From Thalia democratica (taxonomy: Eukaryota): a stretch of 64,000 nucleotides of DNA. The DNA is taken from contig OZ241831.1 in the NCBI GenBank assembly GCA_965202585.1, positions 14,694,001 through 14,758,000 on the forward strand, written 5' to 3'. The first letter of the stretch is position 1. Each line of letters begins with the position of its first letter. Shown piece by piece: positions 25,661 through 40,182 of the stretch. The translations under genes were made by a program, and so were the position numbers. Under the pieces are notes generated by a model that did no database searches, was not told where the DNA came from, and was given only the letters and a program-made list of their open reading frames with translations.

Positions 25661-28600
25661 TTCTGCTCTAAACTTTTAACAAATATAACTTGAAATAAAC
25701 AGTTGCAGTAGTTTTTAGTTATCAAGTTGTCTCATACACAGTCTTCAATAAAGTTACAAAGCTGTTTACTTCTTTTCCTTTGCATAATGTTTCAGCTATT
25801 GGTTTTTTTACGCGTTGATGTTTTATGTTAAAAATCCATAAGCAACTAAGTTTAATAAAACAAGTCTAAGATTTGTAAAAAAAAATTCAACTTTGCTATT
25901 CATGACAGTTGTACTGAAATTGAATGCTTTTTGGTCGTTTTTTTTCTTTAGAACAATCACTGTTGTTTACATTTATTTATTTTTGAAAATACATTTTGAT
26001 AAGCATGATCAGTATAATTTTCATGAATAAACCTCTACTGTTCAAGTATTTTTTAAAATAATACGAAATTTATTAAAACTAACTGTTTTATTTTCATTCC
26101 ATAATGAAATTACTTTTTATAGTGACGTAGAACAAGTTTTAAAAATAAAGTTTAGTATTTATTAAATTAAAAAAAAAGTCTACGAAGTAAGCATAATTGA
26201 GAATTTTTTTTTGTCTAAATAAAGAAGTTAACAAGAAAAAGCCTTTGGACAACACGTTTAAGTTAGTTGAAGCTTTTTATGAAACATCAAATTACAACTA
26301 GTTAACAAAACTTATTCCACGATTTAGGCAATACTTTCAAAACATAACTAGCTCTCTTATTAAAAGTTGCTTAGAATGTCCAGTAAAAGTACAAAGGCAA
26401 TAGTAAGTATGCATAACTAGGTGACAAAAGAAAAGACAGAAAAAATATTATTTAGAAGTAAAATGTGTCATTCAACTAGCTCTAACTCTTACTTTTGATC
26501 TTTTACCACCACAAAGTTGGTTGAGTTGCACATTTTTGTTGTTTAGTTAAAGCTTGTTTAACACTGCTTAGTAGACTTTAAAGCTGGTTAAATAAACTGG
26601 TTGTCCTGATTACATTAGATTAACTTGATAAAGCTATAAGCAATGCTAGATCAACTAAAAGATGTAAGCTTTTTAAAGTTATAGATTCGAAATGTTCTTT
26701 TTCGTTCATGTTGTGATGCATATATGTTGTTTTTTGTTTATGTATTTATGAGTTGTAATGCATGTTTTAAATGTGTTTTAGTTAAAGTTATTTTCTGAAA
26801 CGATACAACATAAATTAGACCCAAAGCTAAACTAATTTTCAACTTGATAAATCTGTGAACAATTTGAGTTCAATAAAAAGCTTTGTAAAAAGAATTCGGT
26901 TGTAATACATGATGGTTGTTGTACTGAAATTGCAGTTTTGTTGATTTTTTTATTTTGGTTTGAACAGCTTCTGTTGTTAATTGTATTTTAAACTGTTTTA
27001 CTTAGTTTGAGTTGCATTGTAATAAAAAGAAATAATAAATTTTAGAAACTACTGGTTTATTAGATTGTAATTGTTAATATCCAAAGTTAAGTTTGTTTTA
27101 TTATAATTTAATGTATTATTTTCATTTAAAATCTAATAATTTTTACAGTGACGTAGAACAGCATTTTTTAAATAAACTAAATACTTTTTCAATTTTACAA
27201 AAAGAAGTATACAAAATAAGCATAACGGGAATAAGTTTTGTTTAAAGAAAGAAGTTTACAAGAAAATCTTATGGACACAAAAATCAAGTTAGTTGAAGCT
27301 TTCTGCGAAACGTTTATTTATTTGTAATGTAACAGACTTAAGCAATGGTTTTTAAATGCAACTAGCTCCCTCCTCAAAAGTAGTTTAAAATGTCATGTAA
27401 GAGAACAAAAACAATTGTAAATTCAAGTATGTGACAAAAAGTTAAAACACAAAAGTATAAGTTAGAAGTAAACTGTTTTATACAAACATTCTAACTCACC
27501 TTTTACCAGCACAAAAAACATTAAGTTTGGTTCGTTTTTGTCGTCTAGTTAGAGCTTGTTTAATGCTGCTTAGTGGACATTGATATCTGGCTGAATCAGT
27601 TGGTGGTCCTTATCACTTTAGACTTATAACAGAAATGACTATAGACTGTAAAAGTCGTTTTAAGTCATCAAGTTGTCTCACATATAGTTGTAACAAGTAA
27701 TACAAATGAGTGGTGACAAGCTGTTACTTCTTTTCCTTTCAGCTTAAAAATTGAGTTCTTTCATGTATTCGACTAGTTAAGCAATCAAAAACAAACTAAA
27801 TAGATGTCAGCTTTGTAAAATAAAAGTTTTAATGATAAGCTTTCATCAACTATTTCAGCTATTTTTGTTTTGGTAAATCGCGTACTTGTTTATAGTGTTG
27901 TTTTTCTTTGAACAATCGATGTTGTTTACATTTATGTATTTTAATGTATGATTTTTAAATTACTATGCATGTTTTTAATCGTGTTTTAGTTGTAATTAAA
28001 CTATATTTTTTGTGAAACAAATATTGTTTGTTGTTAACAATTGAAAACATACTTTGTTGATAAACCAAAGTAAGTTTTATTCTTATTACTATTTAAGTGT
28101 ACTATTTTCATTGAAAAATATAAATAGTTTTTAAAGTGACGTAGCGTAACTTTTTTTAATAAGTTAAAAAACAAATAATTATTGAATGTTTAAGAAAAGT
28201 GCACAAAGTAAGAACGAATAAGATAGAGTTCTTAGAAAAAAAAGATATCAAGAAGAAAAAGACATCCAAGTTAGTTAATTATGTTAAGCATTCAATTACA
28301 GTAGTTGTTACATCAAGTTGTCTAACACCTAGTCTAAACAAGTAACTTTACCATGAAAATAATAAAACAAGCATTTTTTAACCGTGTTTAAGCTAATGAG
28401 TTGGTTTGTATCATAGGGTGATGTTTTGGCTTGAAATGATATCTTAAATAAGCTAAATAGATGTCAGCCTTGTAGGTGGGAATACTTAAATGTGTTTGAA
28501 ATTCACATTTGTTATCTTTTGTTCTGAACTTTTATTTCTATTTATATACTTATAACTTTTTAAAGCATTTTACATGGTTTTAACTGCATTTAAGTTGATA

Positions 28601-29042
28601 AAAAGAAGACGTTTAAAAGTTAAACCTTTGTTGTGTTGCTGATAATCAACAACAACAACTTAAAAATGTAACAAAAACTAAGGTTTTTTTTGTTATAAGT
28701 TAAGTATACGTTACTGTATTATTTTTTTTAAACACTTATTTACTGAATGTTTTAACAGAAATTCAACAAATGAACAAGAAGTTGTATAGAAAAAAAAAGT
28801 TCACGGACAACGTATTGAAGTTAGTTAAATCCTTTTTTACATATACTACTGTTTTTTCAAATTAGACTTGAGCAATGGTAACCATAAGATTAAAACTTGA
28901 AAGCACGACAAATTTTAAATCAAACAACTAAGGTGTTTGATCTTTTAATTCTTATAACAACCAGTTTGTTTGTACAATTATCAATTTGTGGCTTGTACTT
29001 GAAGTAGATATCATTAGCCGGTTTTGTTCAAATGGTGGTCCT
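25661..29042. repeat. Degenerate ~1-kb module array, spacer 4
   Basis: Same markers as spacer 1; left boundary approximate. Confidence 0.78.
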
Positions 29043-29065
29043 AAAAAGGACCGGTTGTTGAGCAT

Positions 29066-29404
29066 TTATTTTGAGCTGGTGTACTTGGTAACAGCTTTAG
29101 TTCCCTCTGAAACTGCGTGCTTTGACAACTCGCCGGGGAGCAAGAGCCTGACAGCAGTTTGAATTTCGCGGCTGCTCACAGTTGACCTCTTGTTGTAATG
29201 AGCCAAACGTGAAGCCTCTGCTGCAATGCGCTCGAAGATGTCGTTGACAAATGAGTTCATGATTCCCATCGCCTTGCTGGAAATTCCGGTGTCGGGGTGC
29301 ACTTGCTTCAAAACTTTGTACACGTAGATGCTCCTTCGCTTCTTCTTGCCGTCGACCGGGGTGGTCTTGGCTACTGACTTCTTCGCGCCTTTGGTTGCGG
29401 TCAT
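29066..29404 (-). CDS. H2B: Histone H2B, set 4, with 21-bp in-frame deletion (RRHKESFG replaced by S)
   Basis: 112 aa; junction at 29330/29331 (CACGTAGATG|CTCCTTCGC). Confidence 0.93.
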   Translation of the reverse strand: MTATKGAKKSVAKTTPVDGKKKRRSIYVYKVLKQVHPDTGISSKAMGIMNSFVNDIFERIAAEASRLAHYNKRSTVSSREIQTAVRLLLPGELSKHAVSEGTKAVTKYTSSK

Positions 29405-29563
29405 GACGATGTGTGAACTTCAGTCTCGGCGCCAGCTTATATACTGAAAGTTTATGCAAATTTGCATTTCCGTACGCGAACGACAGCCTCTCTCATTTTA
29501 TGATTCTCTCGTTTGTCGTAAATATTTTTAGGTGGTCCTGAAAAGGACCTGGTTTGTTTTAAC

Positions 29564-29944
29564 TTAGGCTGATTTTTTTGAAGCGGTCTTCTTGGGCAAT
29601 AATACTGCCTGGATGTTTGGAAGAACACCTCCTTGAGCAATAGTGACGCCGCCGAGAAGTTTGTTCAACTCTTCGTCGTTGCGGATAGCTAGTTGCAAAT
29701 GGCGGGGAATGATCCTACTTTTCTTGTTGTCACGAGCAGCGTTACCGGCAAGCTCGAGCACTTCTGCGCTCAAATACTCGAGAACGGCAGCCAGATAAAC
29801 TGGAGCACCAGCTCCGACTCTTTGGCTGTAGTTGCCAGTGCGCAACAGGCGGTGCACGCGACCGACTGGAAACTGCAGTCCTGCACGAGAAGACCTGCTC
29901 TTCGGCTTAGATTTGAGTTTTGATCCTTTACCACGTCCCGACAT
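29564..29944 (-). CDS. H2A: Histone H2A, set 4
   Basis: 126 aa, intact. Confidence 0.99.
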   Translation of the reverse strand: MSGRGKGSKLKSKPKSRSSRAGLQFPVGRVHRLLRTGNYSQRVGAGAPVYLAAVLEYLSAEVLELAGNAARDNKKSRIIPRHLQLAIRNDEELNKLLGGVTIAQGGVLPNIQAVLLPKKTASKKSA

Positions 29945-30138
29945 CTTGTTGTTCGAATGATTGTGCCAAGATGCTCGCACAGCTCTGTATAAAACTCAAA
30001 CCTAACCGCGTCGAACGAACAACTAATTTGCATATGTCGTAGCTGCTCTTTAATCTTGTCAAAATGTTTGTTTAGCAGTGTTGAAGAAATTTGATTTTGA
30101 AATGGGTGGTCCTAAAAAGGACCGAGTTTGCTAAATGT

Positions 30139-30483
<345 letters not shown>

Positions 30484-30639
30484 TTATTTATAAGCTGTTA
30501 CGGACGCGTACGGTTACTACTAAACTAATTTGCATACTCAGAAAAACCTCTAACTTACATTCTTTCGTTTGGTTTATTTTTTCTCACTATCAAACAAAGT
30601 TTAAAAGTGGCCCTGAAAAGGACCGGTTTTAGCTAATGC

Positions 30640-31080
<441 letters not shown>

Positions 31081-31237
31081 CTATATATACTGTTTACGGA
31101 GACACGGACGCAAGCGATTCCGCTGTATCTCATTGACTAATTTGCATACTTTCAATTTACTGTTGTTATTAGCATTTCATGTTTTGTTAATATTTTGATT
31201 GAGTGGTCCTGAAAAGGACCTTGGGTAAAAGAACAAC

Positions 31238-31822
31238 TTATTTTTTACAGCTCTTCTTGGTACTTGCCTTCTTAGATGCTTTTTTGGCTACCGGCTTCTT
31301 CTTGGTTACTTTCTTCTTCTTGCTTGCAGCTTTTTTAGATGCTGCTTTCTTAGGAGCACACTTTTTAGCAGGTCGCTTTTTGGCTGCTGGTTTTTTCGCT
31401 GCCTTCTTGGGAGCACACTTCTTTACTCGTTTCTTTGCTGCGGCCTTCTTTACTGCTGGCTTTTTAGCTACTTTTTTTGTCCTCTTCTTGGGACCAGCAG
31501 CTGGCATTGGAGCAAGCTTGAACGAGCCGGAAGCGCCTTTTCCAGTAGTCTGGAGAAAAGAACCTTTGGCCACGCCGCTGGTAAGTGCTCTCTTCAAGTG
31601 AGAATTAGAAGCTGAGAGGTCAAGCTTGTAGGTGTCCGCGATATATTTTTGTATCTTCTGGCGGGATGTACCTTTTCGTTCCTTCATTGCTCCCAGGGCA
31701 GAGCTAATCATCTCCTTGTAAGTCGGGTGTTCTGCCTTCTTGGCGCTTGGTCTCTTGGAAGACCTGGCCTTGGCTGCGGCCGCCGCTGCTACTGCTGGTG
31801 CTGCTACTGCTGTGGTAGACAT
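31238..31822 (-). CDS. H1: Histone H1, set 4 (mosaic allele)
   Basis: 194 aa with YKEM and GVAKG as in sets 1-3, but YIAD as in sets 5-7. Confidence 0.97.
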   Translation of the reverse strand: MSTTAVAAPAVAAAAAAKARSSKRPSAKKAEHPTYKEMISSALGAMKERKGTSRQKIQKYIADTYKLDLSASNSHLKRALTSGVAKGSFLQTTGKGASGSFKLAPMPAAGPKKRTKKVAKKPAVKKAAAKKRVKKCAPKKAAKKPAAKKRPAKKCAPKKAASKKAASKKKKVTKKKPVAKKASKKASTKKSCKK

Positions 31823-33616
31823 TTTGTATGTATTTTAAAGCAACCGAAACAATACTTTCAGTAGTTACTGACTGTGACGAATTGACTGTTGAGCAGTTTT
31901 ACTTTGTGAAGTACCTTTTACTGATTAATACGAGCATCAGCATGTGAGTTTAAAGCGCATATGCTCATAAAAGCATAGTTATTTTTTTACGAACGTCAAA
32001 AACATTCCAGTGACAAAGAAACCAGACTTAGCCTGGTCGGAAACAGAGTTTTTTTTAAAGCTTAGCTTTAAAAGTCCAGAAAAACAGTCTAAAAGTTACA
32101 GCACACCTCTGCATTTAATGATATAAACCTCAAATGAAACAAAATATATTACTACACATCCGGTTTAGTTTTCTTCAGCTGCAAACTTAAAACTGTAAGA
32201 TTTTAGACAAGCACAAGTATTTTTTTCCACTTCAAGCTTAAGTTAAGTTTTATTATTTTAATTTCATTCGGTTTTGTCAATTGTAAAACCCATGAAGTAT
32301 GTTTAACTTGATTACAACTTTAACTGTGCTGGTTAGTAAAAAGTAATTCATAAACAAACACAAGTATTTAATTTATGATACTTTACAAGTTATCATTACT
32401 TTAAGTATACTTATATTCAAAATGGCAGTACTAAACCACATAAAAAAACTTAAGTAGATAAGTTTTGAATTTGTTCTTCCACATACTAGTAACTTACCTT
32501 TTCAAAAATGTTCTGAACAGTAGCCATACAAAACTTGTTAAAAAGCTAGAAACTAATGTTTAACAAAGTTTGTTATATAAAACAGTCCCAACTAGTTACT
32601 AGTATTTCACAGTTAGAAAAATTTGAAACAACTTTTTAAAACTATTACACAGTTGTTTTGATTTTTTAACAACGTTTTATTTGTTATACTCGAAGCTGAA
32701 CTAAGAACTTTTTCTTTGTAGATTTCATGAAAAGAAAGCGAACAAATGGATTTGATCGTAACTTTCCAAAACAAGACAAAATAACTTACACTTAAATGAA
32801 TATCAGTACTGTTCACTTATGTTCAAAGAAAAGGACCGAAATTTCAATATGAAGTTTAAAAGAGTTGCTTATTTTGAGACGAAAACTTTACTTAAAAAAA
32901 GAGGTTAGGCTAATTTTAAAAGTAACAAAAGTACAGTTCAAAAATGACTGCATAATGATAGAAGTGTTTATGTTTACTAAGTGAAGATTTGTTTAAATAA
33001 ACTTTAATTGATTTACTGCTTAAAGTAGTTTCTAAGTGTAATAAAAACTAGATTCATTACAATGTTCTGCACAATTTAGACAGTTGACTAAATGTTTTGC
33101 TGTGGTATATTTCAAAAAAGGTTGTTAAATCAACTCTAACTTGATATAAATGTAATTTCAAAATGTATTCTTTATTCTCAGGTGTTTTGAGCACTTCTGT
33201 TGTAACAACAGCATTTAAATTTCTAACATGTTAACAATTAGCTAATGTGTTTGTTTGATTTTTGTGTCTTTTCCTTTTAAAACAGGGTATTTACTTATTT
33301 GAAAACTGTACGTTGCTTTTGCACTCGTACTATCATAGCTGAACAGTTTTACGAAGCTTACTTTGAAGCAAATAAAAAAAAAGAATAAGTAAAGGCAAGA
33401 CAAACTTAAATTATTTGTTAGTTAGAACAAAGTGAGCTCTAAACATAAGAAACACTTAAGCAAATAAGCTACAAGTTTTTAAAAACATTTTTAAATTTTT
33501 CAATAATAAATGACACACTAACTAGACTGTCATTTAGTTGTAGACTTATTTTGTCTGTTGCTTTCATTTTGCTATTTACATAAAAGCCATAACTTTATTT
33601 TTTATAAGCGTTTCGT

Positions 33617-36600
33617 TCTGCTCTAGACTTTTAACAAATATAACTTGAAATAAACAGTTGCAGTAGTTTTTAGTTATCAAGTTGTCTCATACACAGTCTT
33701 CAATAAAGTTACTAAGCTGTTTACTTCTTTTCCTTTGCATAATGTTTCAGCTATTGGTTTTTTTACGCGTTGATGTTTTATGTTAAAAATCCATAAGCAA
33801 CTAAGTTTAATAAAACAAGTCTAAGATTTGTAAAAAAAAAACAGTTGTACTGAAATTGAATGCTTTTTGGTCGTTTTTTTTCTTTAGAACAATCACTGTT
33901 GTTTACATTTATTTATTTTTAAAAATACATTTTGATAAGCATGATCAGTATAATTTTCATGAATAAACCTCTACTGTTCAAGTATTTTAAAAAATAATAC
34001 GAAATTTATTAAAACTAACTGTTTTATTTTCATTCCATAATGAAATTGCTTTTTATAGTGACGTAGAACAAGTTTTAAAAACTAAGTTTAGTATTTATTA
34101 AATTAAAAAAAAAGTCTACGAAGTAAGCACAATTGAGAATTTTTTTGTCTAAATAAAGAAGTTAACAAGAAAAAGCCTTTGGACAACACGTTGAAGTTAG
34201 TTGAAGCTTTTTATGAAACATCAAATTACAACTAGTTAACAAAACTTATTCCACGATTTAGGCAATACTTTCAAAACATAACTAGCTCTCTTATTAAAAG
34301 TTGCTTAGAATGTCCAGTAAAAGTACAAAGGCAATAGTAAGTATGCATAACTAGGTGACAAAAGAAAAGACAGAAAAAATATTAATTAGAAGTAAAATGT
34401 GTCATTCAACTAGCTCTAACTCTTACTTTTGATCTTTTACCACCACAAAGTTGGTTGAGTTGCACATTTTTGTTGTTTAGTTAAAGCTTGTTTAACACTG
34501 CTTAGTAGACTTTAAAGCTGGTTAAATAAACTGGTTGTCCTGATTACATTAGATTAACTTGATAAAGCTATAAGCAATGCTAGATCAACTAAAAGCTTTT
34601 TAAAGTTGTAGATTCGAAATGTTCTTTTTTGTTCATGTTGTAATGCATATATGTTGTTTTTTGTTTATGTATTTATGAGTTGTAATGCATGTTTTTTAGT
34701 TAAAGTTTTTTTCTGAAACGATACAACATAAATTAGACCCAAAGCTAAACTAATTTTCAACTTGATAAATCTGTGAACAATTTGAGTTCAATAAAAAGCT
34801 TTGTAAAAATAATTCGGTTGTAATACATGATGGTTGTTGTACTGAAATTGCAGTTTTGTTGATTTTTTTATTTTGGTTTGAACAGCTTCTGTTGTTAACT
34901 GTATTTTAAACTGTTTTATTTAGTTTGAGTTGCATTGTAATAAAAAAAAATAATACATTTTAGAAACTACTGGTTTATTAGATTGTAATTGTTAATATCC
35001 AAAGTTAATTTTGTTTTATTATAATTTAATGTATTATTTTCATTTAAAATCTAATACTTTTTACAGTGACGTAGAACAGTATTTTTTAAATAAACTAAAT
35101 ACTTTTTCAATTTTACAAAAAGAAGTATACAAAATAAGCATAACGGGAATAAGTTTTGTTTAAAGAAAGAAGTTTACAAGAAAATCTTATGGACACAAAA
35201 ATCAAGTTAGTTGAAGCTTTCTGCGAAACGTATATTTATTTGTAATGTAACAGACTTAAGCAATGGTTTTTAAATGCAACTAGCTCCCTCCTCAAAAGTA
35301 GTTTAAAATGTCATGTAAGAGCAATTGTAAATACAAGTATGTGACAAAAAGTTAAAACACAAAAGTATAAGCTAGAAGTAAACTGTTTTATACAAACGTT
35401 CTAACTCACCTTTTACCAGCACAAAAAACATTAAGTTTGGTTCGTTTTTGTCGTCTAGTTAGAGCTTGTTTATTGCTGCTTAGTGGACATTGATATCTGG
35501 TTGAATCAGTTGGTGGTCCTTATCACTTTAGACTTATAACAGAAATAACTATAGACTGTAAAAGTCGTTTTAAGTCATCAAGTTGTCTCACATATAGTTG
35601 TAACAAGTAATACAAATGAGTGGTGACAAGCTGTTACTTCTTTTCCTTTCAGCTTATAAATTGAGTTCTTTCATGTATTCGACTAGTTAAGCAACCAAAA
35701 ACAAACTAAATAGATGTCAGCTTTGTAAAATAAAAGTTTTAATGATAAGCTTTCATGAATTATTTCAGCTATTTTTGTTTTGGTAAATCGCGTACTTGTT
35801 TATAGTGTTGTTTTTCTTTGAACAATCGATGTTGTTTACATTTATGTATTTTAATGTATGATTTTTAAGTTACTATGCATGTTTTTAATCGTGTTTTAGT
35901 TGTAATTAAACTATATTTTTTGTGAAACAAATATTGTTTGTTGTTAACAATTGAAAACATACTTTGTTGATAAACCAAAGCAAGTTTTATTCTTATTACT
36001 ATTTAAGTGTACTATTTTCATTGAAAAATATAACTAGTTTTTAAAGTGACGTAGCGTAACTTTTTTTAATAAGTTAAAAAACAAATAATTAATGAATGTT
36101 TAAGAAAAGTCCACAAAGTAAGAACGAATAAGATAGAAAAAAAAGATATCAAGAAGAAAAAGACATCCAAGTTAGTTAATTATGTTAAGCATTCAATTAC
36201 AGTAGGCAATAAATTAAGGATTATAGCAGTGATCACACTAGTTTACATCGCAAAAGTTAGATCAAAAATAAAGTAAAAGTAGAGAAATCACAGCAAGCTT
36301 AACTGTTCAATTAATAATGGAAAGCGATAAAATATAGTTTGGAAGTAAACAGTGTTATTCAGAGTTCTTTGATCCTTTATCATCACAAAGTAGATTTAGT
36401 ATGTAAATTTGTGTCATTGAGTTTAGTACACATTAGAAGCTTGCATCAATGACTGGTGATCCACGTAAGCTTTAGACTCATGGAAAATACAAAAAAAAAA
36501 CAAATGATTTTTGGATTTGTCTCATATACAGTATAAAAAAGAGATCAAGTTGTTCATTTTTTCTTTTGTATCATGTTTTTATGTGTCGACGTTTTTGTTT

Positions 36601-37966
36601 GATAGAGCCACAAACAATTTGAGTTCAACGAAACAAGTTTAAATATTTGTAAATATTTCAACTGTACTCTTAAACTATTGTTGTACTGAAACTGTATGTT
36701 TGTTTTGAACAGTCGCTGTTGTATACATTAATGCATTGTACAACTTTCAATCTGCTTTTTATGGTTTCAGTTGCATTCTAACTAACAAGACTAGTATACT
36801 TTAAAAAATTAAACCTCAGTTTAATTGTAATCTTTGACTAAGTGTTTTTGATATCAATACAAATTCAAGTTTTCTTCTCATTATAATCAACTGAAATTTG
36901 AATTTGAAAATTTAACTAATTTTTTCAGTGACATGGTATTATTTTAGATTTTTCATAAATAAAACTTATTTTGATATTAAAAATAACATTGACTGTTTGA
37001 AAAACTTGTCCACAAAGTAAGCATGAACAAGAATAAATTTTGTTTAATATACCTATTGTAAAACATTTTTACCTAACATTCAAATACTAGTAAGAAAGGA
37101 AAACAGATAAATATTATCATTTAGAAGTAAAATGTTTAGATACATTAGTAACTGGTTAAATCAGTTGGTGGTCCTGATTATTTTAGATTTATAACAAACA
37201 TAACTTAGAACAAACAATTAGAGTTACTTTAGGTCATCAAGTTGTCTAACACCTAGTCTAAACAAGTAACTTTACCATGAAAATAATAAAACTAGCATTT
37301 TTTAACCGTGTTTAAGCTAATGAATTGGTTTGTATCATAGGGTGATGTTTTGGCTTGAAATGATATCTTAAATAAGCTAAATAGATGTCAGCCTTGTAGG
37401 TGGGAATACTTAAATGTGTTTGAAATTGACATTTGTTATCTTTTGTTCTGAACTTTTATTTCTATTTATATACTTATAACTTTTTAAAACATTTTACATG
37501 GTTTTAACTGCATTTAAGTTGATAAAAAGAAGACGTTTAAAAGTTAAACCTTTGTTGTGTTGCTGATAATCAACAACAACAACTTAAAAATGTAACAAAA
37601 ACTAAGGTTTTTTTTGTTATAAGTTGAGTATACGTTACTGTATTATCTTTTTTTAAACACTTATTTACTGAATGTTTTAACAGAAATTCAACAAATGAAC
37701 AAGAAGTTGTATAGAAAAAAAAGTTCACGGACAACGTATTGAAGTTAGTTAAATCCTTTTTTACAGATACTACTGTTTTTTCAAATTAGACTTATGCAAT
37801 GGTAACCATAAGATTAAAACTTAAAAGTACGACAAATTTTAAATCAAACAACTAAAGTGTTTGATCTTTTAATTCTTATAACAACCAGTTTGTTTGTACA
37901 ATTATCAATTTGTGGCTTGTACTTTAAGTAGATATCAATAGCCGGTTTGGTTCAAATGGTGGTCCT
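33617..37966. repeat. Extended module array (5 modules) in the 5S-less spacer
   Basis: Standard modules plus extra segment 36206-37234 that carries module markers. Confidence 0.78.
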
Positions 37967-37989
37967 AAAAAGGACCGGTTGTTGAGCAT

Positions 37990-38349
37990 TTATTTTGAGC
38001 TGGTGTACTTGGTGACAGCTTTAGTTCCCTCTGAAACTGCGTGCTTTGACAACTCGCCGGGGAGCAAGAGCCTGACAGCAGTTTGAATTTCGCGGCTGCT
38101 CACAGTTGACCTCTTGTTGTAATGAGCCAAACGTGAAGCCTCTGCTGCAATGCGCTCGAAGATGTCGTTGACAAATGAGTTCATGATTCCCATCGCCTTG
38201 CTGGAAATTCCGGTGTCGGGGTGCACTTGCTTCAAAACTTTGTACACGTAGATGCCAAAGCTTTCTTTGTGCCTCCTCCTTCGCTTCTTCTTGCCGTCGA
38301 CCGGGGTGGTCTTGGCTACTGACTTCTTCGCGCCTTTGGTTGCGGTCAT
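37990..38349 (-). CDS. H2B: Histone H2B, set 5
   Basis: 119 aa, intact. Confidence 0.99.
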   Translation of the reverse strand: MTATKGAKKSVAKTTPVDGKKKRRRRHKESFGIYVYKVLKQVHPDTGISSKAMGIMNSFVNDIFERIAAEASRLAHYNKRSTVSSREIQTAVRLLLPGELSKHAVSEGTKAVTKYTSSK

Positions 38350-38508
38350 GATGATGTGTGAACTTCAGTCTCGGCGCCAGCTTATATACTGAAAGTTTAT
38401 GCAAATTAGCATTTCCGTACGCGAACGACAGCCTCTCTCATTTTATGATTCTCTCGTTTGTCGTAAATATTTTTAGGTGGTCCTGAAAAGGACCTGGTTT
38501 GTTTTAAC

Positions 38509-38889
38509 TTAGGCTGATTTTTTTGAAGCGGTCTTCTTGGGCAATAATACTGCCTGGATGTTTGGAAGAACACCTCCTTGAGCAATAGTGACGCCGCCGA
38601 GAAGTTTGTTCAACTCTTCGTCGTTGCGGATAGCTAGTTGCAAATGGCGGGGAATGATCCTGCTTTTCTTGTTGTCACGAGCAGCGTTACCGGCAAGCTC
38701 GAGCACTTCTGCGCTCAAATACTCGAGAACGGCAGCCAGATAAACTGGAGCACCAGCTCCGACTCTTTGGCTGTAGTTGCCAGTGCGCAACAGGCGGTGC
38801 ACGCGACCGACTGGAAACTGCAGTCCTGCACGAGAAGACCTGCTCTTCGGCTTAGATTTGAGTTTTGATCCTTTACCACGTCCCGACAT
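38509..38889 (-). CDS. H2A: Histone H2A, set 5
   Basis: 126 aa, intact. Confidence 0.99.
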   Translation of the reverse strand: MSGRGKGSKLKSKPKSRSSRAGLQFPVGRVHRLLRTGNYSQRVGAGAPVYLAAVLEYLSAEVLELAGNAARDNKKSRIIPRHLQLAIRNDEELNKLLGGVTIAQGGVLPNIQAVLLPKKTASKKSA

Positions 38890-39083
38890 CTTGTTGTTCG
38901 AATGATTGTGCCAAGATGCTCGCACAGCTCTGTATAAAACTCAAACCTAACCGCGTCGAACGAACAACTAATTTGCATATGTCGTAGCTGCTCTTTAATC
39001 TTGTCAAAATGTTTGTTCAGCAGTGTTGAAGAAATTTGATTTTGAAATGGGTGGTCCTAAAAAGGACCGAGTTTGCTAAATGT

Positions 39084-39428
<345 letters not shown>

Positions 39429-39584
39429 TTATTTATAAGCTGTTACGGACGCGTACGGTTACTACTAAACTAATTTGCATACTCAGAAAAGTCTCTAACT
39501 TACATTCTTTCGTTTGGTTTATTTTTTCTCACTATCAAACAAAGTTTAAAAGTGGCCCTGAAAAGGACCGGTTTTAGCTAATGC

Positions 39585-40121
<537 letters not shown>

Positions 40122-40182
40122 TCATGTTTTGTTAATATTTTGATTGAGTGGTCCTGAAAAGGACCTTGGGTAAAAGAACAAC

